Source: Andalucia godoyi And28 (taxonomy: Eukaryota > Protista > Jakobida). From it: DNA of 64,000 nt. Shown one piece after another: positions 31,518 to 42,604 of the stretch (positions within the stretch are counted from its first letter, which is position 1; each line of letters opens with the position of its first letter). Under the pieces are notes generated by a model that had not been told where the DNA came from, made no database searches, and saw only the letters and a list, made by a program, of their open reading frames with translations. The position numbers and the translations under genes are program-made. Location: the NCBI GenBank assembly GCA_009859145.1, contig VRVR01000016.1:279550-343549 (forward strand). The letters run 5' to 3'.

Positions 31518-31703
31518 TCCGCTGTAAATACTCCCCAACCCTGTTTTCCCCCAAGTTGATGCTATCGTTCCTCAGTTGATGCTACACGAACCCCCCTCCA
31601 CTTTTTTCCCTTCGCCCTTTCTTCTGGTTTTGCTGTAGAAATGATGAAAACTCCGTCTCCATCGTTTTCTCGCAACGCCGTCTTTTACCGTATTCTTTTT
31701 GTT

Positions 31704-31743
31704 TCCTTCTTCTTCTTCTTCTTCTTCTTCTTCTTCTTCTTCT
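31704..31743. repeat. (TTC)n microsatellite upstream of mL54
   Basis: Direct reading. Confidence 0.85.
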
Positions 31744-31776
31744 TTTTTCCGGCGCTAGTAGCAGTCACAAGGGCAG

Positions 31777-32121
31777 ATGCTGAAGAGACTGTTGTTTGTT
31801 CGGTCGTTTGCAGCAAAGCCAAGCGCGGCTGCACCGAAAGCATCGAAAGAAGGTGGCAAATCATCGGCGGCCGTCGCACCGAAATCCACGATTCCCGGCG
31901 GAATCCCAATCAATATATTGAAGACTGGACAGGACCCCGTGTTGAAAGGCGTCGACCAGTATCCGGATTGGCTACAGCCGCTTGGTGCCGGACTTCCGTC
32001 ACTGCCGGATCTCCTGGCTCAGCCGTTCGACTCTCTGCTGCCCGTAACCCGGAAGAGGCTTTTCAAGCTCCAGAACCGCGACAAGATAAAAAAGGCAAAC
32101 TCCCTCCTCGCCAAAAAGTAA
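31777..32121 (+). CDS. MRPL54: Mitochondrial ribosomal protein mL54
   Basis: Basic presequence; INILKTGQDPVLKGVDQYPDWL; RKRLFKLQNRDKIKKAN. Confidence 0.85.
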   Translation: MLKRLLFVRSFAAKPSAAAPKASKEGGKSSAAVAPKSTIPGGIPINILKTGQDPVLKGVDQYPDWLQPLGAGLPSLPDLLAQPFDSLLPVTRKRLFKLQNRDKIKKANSLLAKK

Positions 32122-32387
32122 CGGCTACCTCAGACGGGCGCCTCTCCCAGTGCCACCACCACCCCACCTCATTCAAGCATGTATTATTTCTTTGTGTAAA
32201 GATCTTTACCGACAAGCAGCCGTTCCCCCCCGGTTCACTGGGAGTCCAATTTCGCCCGCGTTGTGGATGCAAACTTGGCTGTATTTACACTGTGAAGCGA
32301 TGCATCCGCGAAATGAGGGAAAGAAAGAAAGAAAGAAAAAAAAAAAAAAAGAAAAGAACAATAAGGAATAAACAGTGCCAAGTTGGA

Positions 32388-32993
32388 TCATTGTGGATGG
32401 CTCTGATGATCAGTATGTGCAAAGTCGATTTGCGCGAGGGGTTTTCGTGTTTGGGCCGAGATGTTCTTGTACATGCGCCTTCTCCACCTGGGGTATTCAG
32501 CGAGCCGGGTCTGCAATGCGCGCAAGACGAGGTGTGACGCAGCGGTCGCCGAAGCAGCCGAGGATGTCGAGGTGGCTCGGCCACGGCTAACAAGAGCGCA
32601 ATAGGAGGCCGGGTGTTCGGACGCATCCACAATCAGCGATTGCGATGACCGTAGCGATTGCGACGAGGGAAATGGAGGTGTCGAGGGCGTGCGGGATGTG
32701 TTGGGAGACAAAAGGTATTTGAGATGGCCTCGGATCCCGTACGAAAGCTCCAGAATGCGATGGAACTGGCGCCTGTCGCAGCCGCCAATTGCGCGTCCGA
32801 GCCGCCGGCACTCTTGGCGCGCCGCTCGCATGCACGCGACGATCCGCGGCTGACTCGTGAGATCCGCATGCGCTCGGAACCGCTCTTGCACGCGCAGCGT
32901 CAGATAAAGCTGCGCTTGCGGATCGGGAAAAAGCACAGACAGTCGCAACAACCGCCTGTAGATTCCCAATATCGCAACCCGAGTCGTCGACAT
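32388..32993 (-). CDS. LYR-motif (Complex1_LYR-like) mitochondrial protein
   Basis: ILGIYRRLLRLSVLFPD...RVQERFR; later LELSYGIRGHLKY. Confidence 0.65.
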   Translation of the reverse strand: MSTTRVAILGIYRRLLRLSVLFPDPQAQLYLTLRVQERFRAHADLTSQPRIVACMRAARQECRRLGRAIGGCDRRQFHRILELSYGIRGHLKYLLSPNTSRTPSTPPFPSSQSLRSSQSLIVDASEHPASYCALVSRGRATSTSSAASATAASHLVLRALQTRLAEYPRWRRRMYKNISAQTRKPLAQIDFAHTDHQSHPQ

Positions 32994-33214
32994 TTGTCTA
33001 CTGCAATTTCACACCGTGTTCGTTGTTTTCCTGCGCAGAAACGAAGAGAAACACAGGGCGCCAATCAGAAAGCTGTGTTGTATCTATTCGAAATAACAAT
33101 AATTAAAATAAAAAAATAAACACAACAAAGCGAAAAAAAAGAAAGAAATTGAAGAAGAAAAGGAACGGAAAATTGTACTACGGTTGCGATTGCTGTGATT
33201 TTTTGCAGGTTTTC

Positions 33215-33757
33215 TCAGTCGTGTTGATGGAGGACTTGGGCACGGGCACGACGAGCTTCTTCGATGCGGGCATTCACTCGTTGATGCAGCTCGCTTGATG
33301 CAGGGCTTGCCACCGGAACTTGAGTCGCTCTTGGAGGAGGCGAGTCCGGTTGAGGCTCTGCCAATGGTACGTCCGCTGGCGTTCGAAGAAGCTGCTGCTG
33401 CCGCCGTTCGCGGTCGGCACGCCGCGACCGCAGCCTCTCCATGTCCGACCGGGCGGCATCCACCACCGTCCGTGTTTGTCTTGATGCAACAGGACTGCCA
33501 TCTGTTGTGGACGGCACGGATGCTGAAGGTGCAGATGCAGGTGCAGATGCAAACGGAGCGGGAGTGAGAGTGGGAGGGGGGGTGGGAGAGGGAGGGGGAG
33601 AGGGAGAGGTGGCGAGGATGTTGCGCGCGGAAAGGATGATCAGCGCCAGCCCAAGAAATTGATGGAACGACGAAAATGACGGAGCGCTTGTAAAAACATA
33701 GAAGAGGCCGATGAACGCAGTGATGATGTGTGATGCAAACGATATGCTGTCTGACAT
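33215..33757 (-). CDS. Hypothetical membrane-anchored protein with Pro-rich linker and short coiled coil
   Basis: ATG ORF with two N-terminal hydrophobic segments; protein-like composition; no family recognised. Confidence 0.5.
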   Translation of the reverse strand: MSDSISFASHIITAFIGLFYVFTSAPSFSSFHQFLGLALIILSARNILATSPSPPPSPTPPPTLTPAPFASAPASAPSASVPSTTDGSPVASRQTRTVVDAARSDMERLRSRRADRERRQQQLLRTPADVPLAEPQPDSPPPRATQVPVASPASSELHQRVNARIEEARRARAQVLHQHD

Positions 33758-34128
33758 TTTCTCTCCCTGTCTCTCTCCGGCTCTCTTTTTCAGAATTCAA
33801 GAAAAGTCGTCGCACGGGCAGTCTCTCGCATAAACAGACACACGCACACACTCTCACACACGTGCTTATATGCATTACTGCGCACAGACAGCTGAAAAAA
33901 ACTGGTGGACAAACGGTCGACTTAGCATCACGTGATTCTTCTCCATCTGGTTTTCCCGGCAAAACCCAGTCTTGGCGGGGACCGCTTTGCTTCTTCGGTT
34001 TTCTCTATTTTATTTATTTGTTTATATATATATATATATATATATTGAATTTAAATATTATGCTTAGTATTGCAGGAAGTGAAGTTATTGAGAGGACAAG
34101 GAGAGGAGAGGAGAGAAAAAGAAGGGAA

Positions 34129-34816
34129 ATGCAACCTACGTTCAAGTGTCCCTTTTTCAAGTCGAAAAGTCGGAGCGTGTCTTTGAAAAGCCTTTGTTCC
34201 GAAGGAATCATAATGGATCCACTGCGAGTATGTCTCGCCTTTGCAAATCTTTCCCTTTTTTAATTACGATTTTTCCACCCTTGTGTATTAATCCTACGAT
34301 TGCATGATTCAACGATTGTTCTTATTCACTCATTCATCCATCCATCTACACGCATGTATGCATTGCATTGCATACTTTAAATACATCCGTGCTTCAAGAC
34401 GCGAATTGTGGATGTCCGACCTGGAGCCGCGCTGACAAAGCTGATTCTTTGTGATTTTAACGATTCTACACAGTGTTTTCGAGTGGAATTGGACCTGATT
34501 GGACCTTGGATGCTTGGCTTAAGCACGTTTCTTTTCAGAACTGCAATGCTTTTCATCTCGAACTGCACATGCGAACGCATTTCTCTGCCACAGCCGCAGT
34601 TCGAGCTTTCTTCTTTTGCACTCAGCGAGTATCGACTTGTAATAAGCTCAAAAACAAGAGATGCGAATGTCGCCATTGAATCAAAAGTCACAAAAGACGA
34701 GTTTGTTTGGTTTCGATTCGAAGGAGACCAATTCACGAAATCAAAAATCAATCCAATTCCCGTCTTGCTGCCTCCTCCTCCTCCAGCTTCTTCTTCTTCT
34801 TCTTCTTCTTCTTCTT

Positions 34817-34854
<38 letters not shown>

Positions 34855-36723
34855 ACCTCTTCGACAGTCTTGGTGAGTACCACTGCTGCTCTGGTAAATC
34901 GTGCAGACAGTTCAGAATCGCGTTCTGTTGCAGCGGGAAGCGAGGATTCGTGGATGGTTTCCGATGTTGAGTATGAAATGAGCCTCAGCAGGCTTTCGTG
35001 CTCCCCACTTTCGAAGCTTGTCCGTGGGCAAAGGCGCAGGAACGTGTTCGGTGTTGTGGTGGATTTTCGCGGAGTGGAGCAATCACGAAGCGGTGACTTG
35101 TATATTCAGATCAGGCTCTGCGACCAGCTGTCGCATTCTGCAAGCTTGCCTCCGTTAGTTTTAATGGTGTTCTTCAAGGACCCGGGCGCGGTGGTCCGAT
35201 TCACGCCGCCTTTTGCAGGATGCTTGTGCCTCGTGAAGCAAGTCGACATCCAGGACCGAACGCCGCTTCAAGGGTGCGTGTCAGAAGGGTTTCGGCCTAT
35301 TGAAATTGCGTACTTCCACAAGCACGGTGGAGCGAAAATGGCAGCCCCTGCAGATTTGCTGAGTACTGGAAACTGCTCTGATATCCCAGATTCGCTGCTC
35401 CCTGCTGCGAATTCGCTGTGGAGCTTTGCGTGCCGAGTTGCAGGTTCCAAAATCGAGTACGCCAGGACAATGGCTGGAAACACACTGTGGACTCTCGACC
35501 GAATTTCGGCTTGTTCGAGCGTGTTTGCGGATTTTCACTGCTTCATCGCAGATCCGGGGTCCATTGCGTTTCAGGGACAAGCCGATAAACTTTATTTCGA
35601 GGTCTCCGACGATATGCTCTGTGCACATCCTCTTGAGGGGAGGGTTCCTACGGTGCGCGTCTGGGTGTTTGACCAAGGCAGGGAACGGCTGCAGCAGTGG
35701 GCAAAGGTGTTTCGAAAAGGAATGTGGATCCGCTTGCGCAATGTGTCCTTTCATATGGTGTCTGACGGGCGGTATGAACTCAAAATGGCATCGAAAAGTT
35801 CCCTCATTTTCCTGCCACTGTTTCCCATCGAAACCAGCTGCTTTTCACTGCCGAATCGACTTTTGCAAAATACCGGGAACAGCGATGTACAAAGTCTCGC
35901 TTCGACCGGTACCACCAGCACCACCAGCACCACCACCACCACCGCCGCCGCCGCCCCGAAACGCAATCCTGCAGGCGTTGAGCATCCTCCGCGACAGCCA
36001 CAGCCAGACCCGCGGCTTCATTCACAAGCGCAGCCACCGCAGCTACAACAGCCGCAATATCCCCTGTACGCTGCAGAGTCCGCTGCTTCTTCTGCTTCGC
36101 GCCGCACGGAGCCAGCGATTGCGAATTCGCAAGCAGTAAACATAACGCTGGCATATCGGCGATTTGTTTCGACGATTGCGTTTCCCGTCTGTGGAAACTT
36201 GCCAGTCGATTCGTTCGAGCGCTTAGCACAGATGGCTGCGCCGGGTTTTGCAACCATTCCCGTCCGATTTCACGCCTTCACAGATGTTCATTCGAGCATC
36301 GTGACCTCTGCGCATGGGCCGTCGTCGTGGAACACCGCGTGCATGCTTCGGGCCACCGATCGCCAAGGTGTGTTCTGCGATCTTCTGCTGGCTGGCAACG
36401 ATTTCCACTTGTTTTTTGAAGAACTGTACAACTGGTACGTGGTTTCGAACGGCGGGGCAAGTTCCATCGCAGACCTGTTTACCAATCTCCGCGAAAATCC
36501 TTGCGCAGCGCTGGTGCTTGTCAAGCAGGAACTGGCTGCCTTTCTGAAGCAGTACAACGTGAATATCCGAGGATCGACGTTGAGGGATGTGTATCAAGCG
36601 CTTCTGCACGCTTGCGTCGTGGCCTCCGAACATCAAGAGTTTATGATTCATGCGGCCGTTGGCACCGAGGACAGCGGAAGTGTGTTTCTGTGGGGAACTC
36701 GACTGGGGCTCGAGCAAGCGTGA
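34129..36723 (+). CDS. POT1: POT1-like telomere ssDNA-binding OB-fold protein, 2 exons (34129-34227, 34399-36723)
   Basis: OB1 NVFGVVVDFRGVEQSRSGDLYIQIRLCD; OB2 VRVWVFD...KGMWIRLRNV; OB3 LRATDRQGVFCDLLLAGNDFHLFF; phase-0 intron restores an ATG start in frame. Confidence 0.72.
34228..34398 (+). other. Spliceosomal intron (171 nt)
   Basis: GTATGT...CTTCAAG; joins MQPTF...DPLR to TRIVDVRPG in frame. Confidence 0.7.
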
Positions 36724-36869
36724 CCAGCAGCAACAAGCTGCCCGTCCCCGCGGATTAGTAATCATCATTCAGCAAATAAAACGTAACGTAGCGTATGGCG
36801 TATTTGTTGTTTGTTGTATAAATAATTTCACAGGAGAGCACAGGAGGAGACGAGGGCGCAAGAAAATCG

Positions 36870-39653
36870 TCATTTCATGAGATTCTGCACATCCTGCAGC
36901 TGTCGGTGCGCAGTGTCCAGTTCCTGCCGAAGTGATGCAATGACACGGTCTCGCTTTTCGACCATTCCACGAATCTTTTCCTGCAAAATGTCCATTTCTG
37001 CGGCCTTCTGCTCCTGGAATTCACGAAGCTTTCGCTGATGGACCTCGTCCTTGCGGCGAAGTTCTTCCTCCATGTGCGAAATCCGGGTACGAAACTCCTC
37101 TTCTCGATTCACCATTTCCTTGTTGGACTCTTCGCGGATTTGCAGAATTCTCGTCTGGAACTGCGACACCTCCTTGCGCAGGTTTTCAATGTCAGAAACC
37201 AAGCGACTTCGTTCAGAAGCCCAGGTTTCCTGCTCACGGCCAAAGTTGTCCACGCGTCCCTTGTTACGGAACATCTCGTCTTCCATCTCTCCAATTTTGA
37301 GCAGCAATGACCGGATTCGCTCTGCCTGTTCTTCCTTCTCAGCCACAAACCGCGCGCGCTCCTCTTCCAAATCACGGCGAACACGCTTCACCTTTTCGTC
37401 GGCTTCACGCATCGCAGCAAGTTTCGCTTTAGCGGCTTCATCTTCCAGCTTTTCAATGACTGCGGAAATTTGCGCGTCACGCTGTGCAGCCACCGATTTT
37501 GAATATTCTTTCATCTTGATTTCGTTTTCTCGGTCCATCTGCATCGCCCGCGTTTGCTCAAACATTGATTTTTCTTTCGCCAAGGATGCCTCTCGCTCCT
37601 CTAGCTTTTCACGTAGCTGCTTTGCCATCCCAGACTCCGCTTCACGGACCTTTTCCTTGACTTCTCTCTCCCTGGCTTCTTCAATGTCCCGTTTTTCCTT
37701 TTCTTTGCGACTTAGTTCTTCTTCAAGCACTCGTATCCGGGATTCGCTTCGAACACGTTTTTCATCCGCGATGGCATTTACACGCTGCACTTCGCTCGTG
37801 GCCTTTTCTCGCCACTTCTCTTCCGCGTTTCGTTCAACGCGATCCTTCGCTTCCGTAAGCTGTCGCGCAAACTCCTCCTTAAATTCCGCCTCCTTCTTCC
37901 CCAACTGATACTGGTATTCCTCACGGGCGCTTTCCAACTCGGTCTTGTGTTTCGCAAGGATCTTGTGGATTTCCGGTTCGAGACCCTTGACAGTCAGTTC
38001 CTTGATTTCCTGGGTTTTGCGGGCCATCCACTCTTCCCGCTTTTGTTTTTCGTGTGCATAGAACATGTCCTTTTGCCTTTTGAGCTCGCGCTGATGCTTC
38101 TCCGTCAGCTGATTGATTATATTTTCGCTTCCAGACTTTGCCAATTTCAACTCCTCGAGAACTTCAGCGAGTTGCTTTGCCAACTCTTCCTTTTCGCGAA
38201 GCAGAGAATCGGCAAACTGAACATGATTCTCGGTCTTCGCCATGTAGTCCTTTTGTGCCTGCAGAAACTTGGATTCCCACTCTGCATCTCTTTCCTTGAT
38301 GAGCGAATCCATCTTGTCTTTCTGTCTTTGGATATGCGATTCAAGCGCTGCAATTGTCGACTCTTTCGCTGCGAGCTCCTTGTTCAACACCTCAACCCGC
38401 GCCTTGACGTTTTCAATCACAGATGTTGGGATCTTTGGGATCTCGGGCTCTGCGGCCGCCGCACCATACTCGTCGTCATCAATCATCTTTTGCATACTGC
38501 GACTTCGAAACGTCCCCGAAGCTGCAGCTGGCTGCGATGATGAAGACGACGACGACGACGACGACGACGACGATGATGATGATGAGGCAGTGGGATTGGA
38601 GCGAAGAGCCATCATGGGTGGAGGTCGCAGCGTCGAAGCGGGCATCGGAGAAGAGACTGTCGGAGCAGCCGCATCAACTTCGTCGAGAAAGCTGAGAAGA
38701 TTTTTGAGCCGAGTCGTCGAAGCAGAGACGGCCCCAGCTTCTCCTTCTGTGTGGATGTTTTCGAGGACGTTGGAAACCGGTTTTGCAGACGAAGTCCCCG
38801 TTCCCGATCTCTGTCCCTGTCCCTGTCCCGCTCCCGATGCAGAAGCCAGTCCTGATCTTGACGACTGTTTCGATGAAGGAAATGGAAGAACGGGCTTGAA
38901 TGACATGACTGCAGCCCACTTCCTGGCCGCAGCCTTGACTCGTGCTCGAAACAACACGTATTTCATGAACCGCGCAATCTTTCTTGCAGCTCTCTTTTCT
39001 CTCAGTCGAGCTTCCTTTTCCCTCGCCTCCCGTTCTTTCTCGTCCTTTTCCTTCTGGACCTTGAGTTGTTCTTCCGCTGCTCGCTCCTCTCGCTTCTTCT
39101 GCAACTCAGCAATTTGCTTTGCTCGTTCTTCGCGCGCTTTCCGTTCTCTTCGAAGCCTCAAAAGCTCTTTTCGCTTCTCCTCGTCATCAAGCTGCGACAG
39201 CATTTCCACGGTCTTTTGAGCCCTCTCCAACTTTTCTCGCTCTCGCTCCCGCTCCTGTTCCTTGTCCTTATCAGGCTCGACAGTCGCATGCAATCGACCA
39301 GGATCCGTTCGCTGCATGAGCGCATACTTGCGCCGATGCGTAGAAAACAGTCGGCGAGCCAATATCCTTCGAAACCAGCGCTGAATGCGAATGACGCAGA
39401 GCCGAGTTCGCAAGTCGGCCAGCTTTCGCGACTGATACACTGGAAAATCAATCGAGTCGAACGGAATCACAGTGCTGGACTTTACAGAATTCGCAGTTGG
39501 ATTCACAGACGACGATGATGACTTTTTCTTGAACAAAACGCCGTTATCGACATCCTCGGAATTGTCATAACTGTCAAAACTTTCATTACCGTCCTCATGC
39601 TTCACACTGCTGCTGTTGGATGGGGCAGAAGACACCGGTCCTGTAAACAGCAA
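36870..39653 (-). CDS. CEP131: Centrosomal protein CEP131 (AZI1); 5' end uncertain, probably an upstream exon
   Basis: IQ-like IRIQRWFRR; RLKNLLSFLDEVD; EKQKREEWMARKTQEIKELTVKGLEPEIHKILAKHK; C-terminal coiled coil. The ORF track start is a TTG following an AG. Confidence 0.85.
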   Translation of the reverse strand: MLFTGPVSSAPSNSSSVKHEDGNESFDSYDNSEDVDNGVLFKKKSSSSSVNPTANSVKSSTVIPFDSIDFPVYQSRKLADLRTRLCVIRIQRWFRRILARRLFSTHRRKYALMQRTDPGRLHATVEPDKDKEQEREREREKLERAQKTVEMLSQLDDEEKRKELLRLRRERKAREERAKQIAELQKKREERAAEEQLKVQKEKDEKEREAREKEARLREKRAARKIARFMKYVLFRARVKAAARKWAAVMSFKPVLPFPSSKQSSRSGLASASGAGQGQGQRSGTGTSSAKPVSNVLENIHTEGEAGAVSASTTRLKNLLSFLDEVDAAAPTVSSPMPASTLRPPPMMALRSNPTASSSSSSSSSSSSSSSSSQPAAASGTFRSRSMQKMIDDDEYGAAAAEPEIPKIPTSVIENVKARVEVLNKELAAKESTIAALESHIQRQKDKMDSLIKERDAEWESKFLQAQKDYMAKTENHVQFADSLLREKEELAKQLAEVLEELKLAKSGSENIINQLTEKHQRELKRQKDMFYAHEKQKREEWMARKTQEIKELTVKGLEPEIHKILAKHKTELESAREEYQYQLGKKEAEFKEEFARQLTEAKDRVERNAEEKWREKATSEVQRVNAIADEKRVRSESRIRVLEEELSRKEKEKRDIEEAREREVKEKVREAESGMAKQLREKLEEREASLAKEKSMFEQTRAMQMDRENEIKMKEYSKSVAAQRDAQISAVIEKLEDEAAKAKLAAMREADEKVKRVRRDLEEERARFVAEKEEQAERIRSLLLKIGEMEDEMFRNKGRVDNFGREQETWASERSRLVSDIENLRKEVSQFQTRILQIREESNKEMVNREEEFRTRISHMEEELRRKDEVHQRKLREFQEQKAAEMDILQEKIRGMVEKRDRVIASLRQELDTAHRQLQDVQNLMK

Positions 39654-40467
39654 CTGCGTGGAAGATTTATGTGGTGAGTGGACCGAAGTGCCGACCAGAG
39701 TCAGATCGCTTACGGAGGCTTGCGGAGATGAATACGCCTATCCTCATTCCTCACAAGGATTCCTCAACAAGAAGAACGCACAATTCCAAAAAAAAAAAAA
39801 TACATAATAAAAATGATGAGCAAAGCGGTCGTAAAAAAAACAAAAATCATAATCCACTCACATAAGGAGTACATACGGAGCGAGGCCGACTGGGCTTCTT
39901 TGGAGAATGGCTGGCAGTCTGCGGTCGAAACATGCTGCGTCTAATTTCTATTCTTCCTCTTACTCGAAATCCAAAAGGGAAAGAAGAAGAAGAAAGAAAA
40001 AAAGAGAAACACCGTAAAACCTAAACACCTGTCCGTTAACGAAACCAAAGAAAGGTGTTGTACTACAGCTGGCAGCTACCGTTGTCTTTTGCAGATTGCA
40101 TGCAGAGCGCGACGGATCACCTAGTCCCGTTTTGTTTCCCCTTTTAGCGTGAAAGTGTCTTGTTCTGATGATGCTTATCCTTTATGTATGAATCGTGGCT
40201 CATGTTTTTGAGAGCCTAGAAAAACATAATATATACCGATATACATTGCGTAGAGCTGTTAAAAATGGAAACGTTGATGGACGATGACAGCGCAAACGAC
40301 CGCAACCTTGCTGTCGCCATCTGTCAACCGCATTCTTTGTGTTGTGCTGAGTGCTTCATGGAGTGCTTCACTGCCGCATAAGAAGAAGCCATGGTTTCGT
40401 TTCGGCACTTGTGCAAGAATGCGTTTTGGTGTGTTGGTTGGTGGGGTTTGGAATACGAAACGGGAAA

Positions 40468-42223
40468 ATGTTGTCGAAGAGACTGGTTCTTCTTGCAGTG
40501 TCTATCGGGATCCTAGTGCGTGTCCTTGTGTCGCAGCATCCTCATTCCGGTACGTACTTCGGCGACCTAATCAGCCTCTTTTTCTCTTCTTCTTCTTCTT
40601 CTTCTTCTTCTTCTTCTTCTTTTGTTTTATGCTTAGGGTTATGCGTGTGCTTATGGTTGTATGTGTGCATGTGCATTTGGGGCGGGGTTGGGATTGGACA
40701 TAGGAAAGAGCAAGGGGCCGATGTATGGGGACTTTGAGGCCCAGCGGCACTGGATGGAAGTGACGATGCATGTGCCGGTGGCGCAGTGGTACACATTTGA
40801 TCTGCCGTTCTGGGGTCTTGACTATCCTCCAGTACAGGCGTTTCATGCTTGGGTGTGCGGGAAGATGGGGTCTTTGTACAATCCAGCGTGGTTTGCTTTG
40901 AATTCTTCGCGCGGTCTGGAGTCTGCGGATCTCGTGGTGTTTATGAGAGCGACGTCCGTGCTCTCGGATCTCATCTGCTTTTTCCCGCCGGCAATTCTCT
41001 TGGTGCTGTCCTTTCAAAGGTCGTTCTTCCCTCGAAACCAGCTCCGCGGTAGCTCCTCCTCCGTTTTGGAAACAGAGACAATCAATATTTACGTTCTTCT
41101 AAAGGTGCTGATGATGCTTTTGGCTCCCGGCTTGCTTCAGATTGACCATGCTCATTTCCAGTACAACTCTCTCAGTCTGGGCTTTACCCTCTGGGCCGTT
41201 TATTTCTTCGGCAAGCGATGGTTTGGCTTTGCCTCGGTTGCGTACTGCATTGCGCTGAATTCAAAACAGGTCGCATTGTTTTATGCCCCTGCAATCTTCT
41301 TTTATGTCTTGGGCAACATTTCAAAGCAAAAGTCAAGCGGGCTTGCCCTCGGAATGTTCCTCAAAGTCGCATCAGCAGTGACGCTGACGTTTCTAGCTTG
41401 CTGGGCGCCGTTTTATGTGTACGGCGATGGGATTCCGGGTGTGATGCAGGGGATTTCACGGCTGTTTCCAGTCAACCGCGGGCTCTTTGAGGACAAGGTG
41501 GCGAATTTCTGGTGTTCAATCAGTCTGTTTACGAAAGTGCAGTTGTTGGATCGCGGCCTGATGTTCAAGATTTGCACTGCTTCCACTCTTTGCTCATTTT
41601 TGGTGTCCGTCACGCACTTGTACCGGGCCCCGTCGCTGAAGAATCTGATGTGCTCGATGCTTATTTCGTCCGTGTCATTCTTCTTGTTCTCCTACCAAGT
41701 GCACGAGAAGGGAATCTTGTTTCCACTGGTTCCGCTGATCCTGCTCTCGGATTACTGGTCGACGGTATGGATTCCTGCGACGTACGTCTCTGTTGCGTCG
41801 TTTTCCATGTTTCCGCTTGCTGTCAAGGATAACCAGATTGCTTTGTACTTTGGTCTTCAGTTTTTGTGGTGGACACTCGTTGTTTGCACTGCCCGGTTCG
41901 AAGCCTTGGTTGCCGTTCGCTCATTCGGGGCTCAGCACGTGGGAGCATTTGAAAAACAGCAGGTCCGAGGGATGCTGCTTGCAATGCTAGCAGGTGCAAT
42001 GATGATCTTCTTCCACGGCATGCACTACTCCTGGAGCCCCCCTGCACAGTACCCGGACTTGGTCACAATGTTCTTTACGGTCTCAAGCTGCATATGGTTC
42101 TTTGTCCTTCTCGCGGATGCGTATGCACTGCAGCTGTGGAATATGTCGGGCGTCGAACTCGCCATCAAAGTCTGGAACGACGTTGCACTGCAATCAAGTC
42201 CGCCAAAGCAAAAGATGTCCTAA
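40468..42223 (+). CDS. ALG6: Dol-P-Glc:Man9GlcNAc2-PP-Dol alpha-1,3-glucosyltransferase, 2 exons (40468-40549, 40704-42223)
   Basis: HPHSG|KSKGPMYGDFEAQRHWME, WGLDYPP, IDHAHFQYN, RLFPVNRGLFEDKVANFW, FLFSYQVHEKGIL. Confidence 0.92.
40550..40703 (+). other. Spliceosomal intron (154 nt) containing a (TTC)n tract
   Basis: GTACGT...CATAG, phase 1; restores the conserved ALG6 N-terminus. Confidence 0.85.
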
Positions 42224-42604
42224 CGCCAAAACTCCTTTTTTTCCATCGTCGGAATTTCCTAGACTTTAATGCTTTTGTTTCTCCACCCCTGCACACCTGC
42301 GCTACACCACATCAATACCAGTTGGCTCCAGTTGGTACTGCTGCGGCGTTCTCTATCAATCGATCTCAAGAAAATCAATCGTCCAGGGGAGGAGGCCCCA
42401 GCACAGACAAGTGCATGCGTATCGTGTTCTTTAAAATAGATATTGCGCGCTCCATCACCGCTGCACATGCTGGACATCGCAACACTTTTAGACCACCCAG
42501 TTTGTCGTGCATTTTCCCTTATGCGGAGATATTGGCCGGTTGGTAAAGACCAAAGATGGAAACTACGTACCATCCTTCAGAGAACAGTACATTATGCGGT
42601 CGAT

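Noticed and set aside
33121-33217. TGA stop of the small membrane protein as selenocysteine (SelS-like)
   Set aside because: No GGUG-type context, no sensible read-through peptide and no SECIS recognised
39866-40283. ORF-free gap with hairpin ATGTTTTT/AAAAACAT (40202-40227) and a TGATGA word, considered as a snoRNA
   Set aside because: No properly placed C/D box pair with terminal stem; more likely the divergent promoter of CEP131 and ALG6
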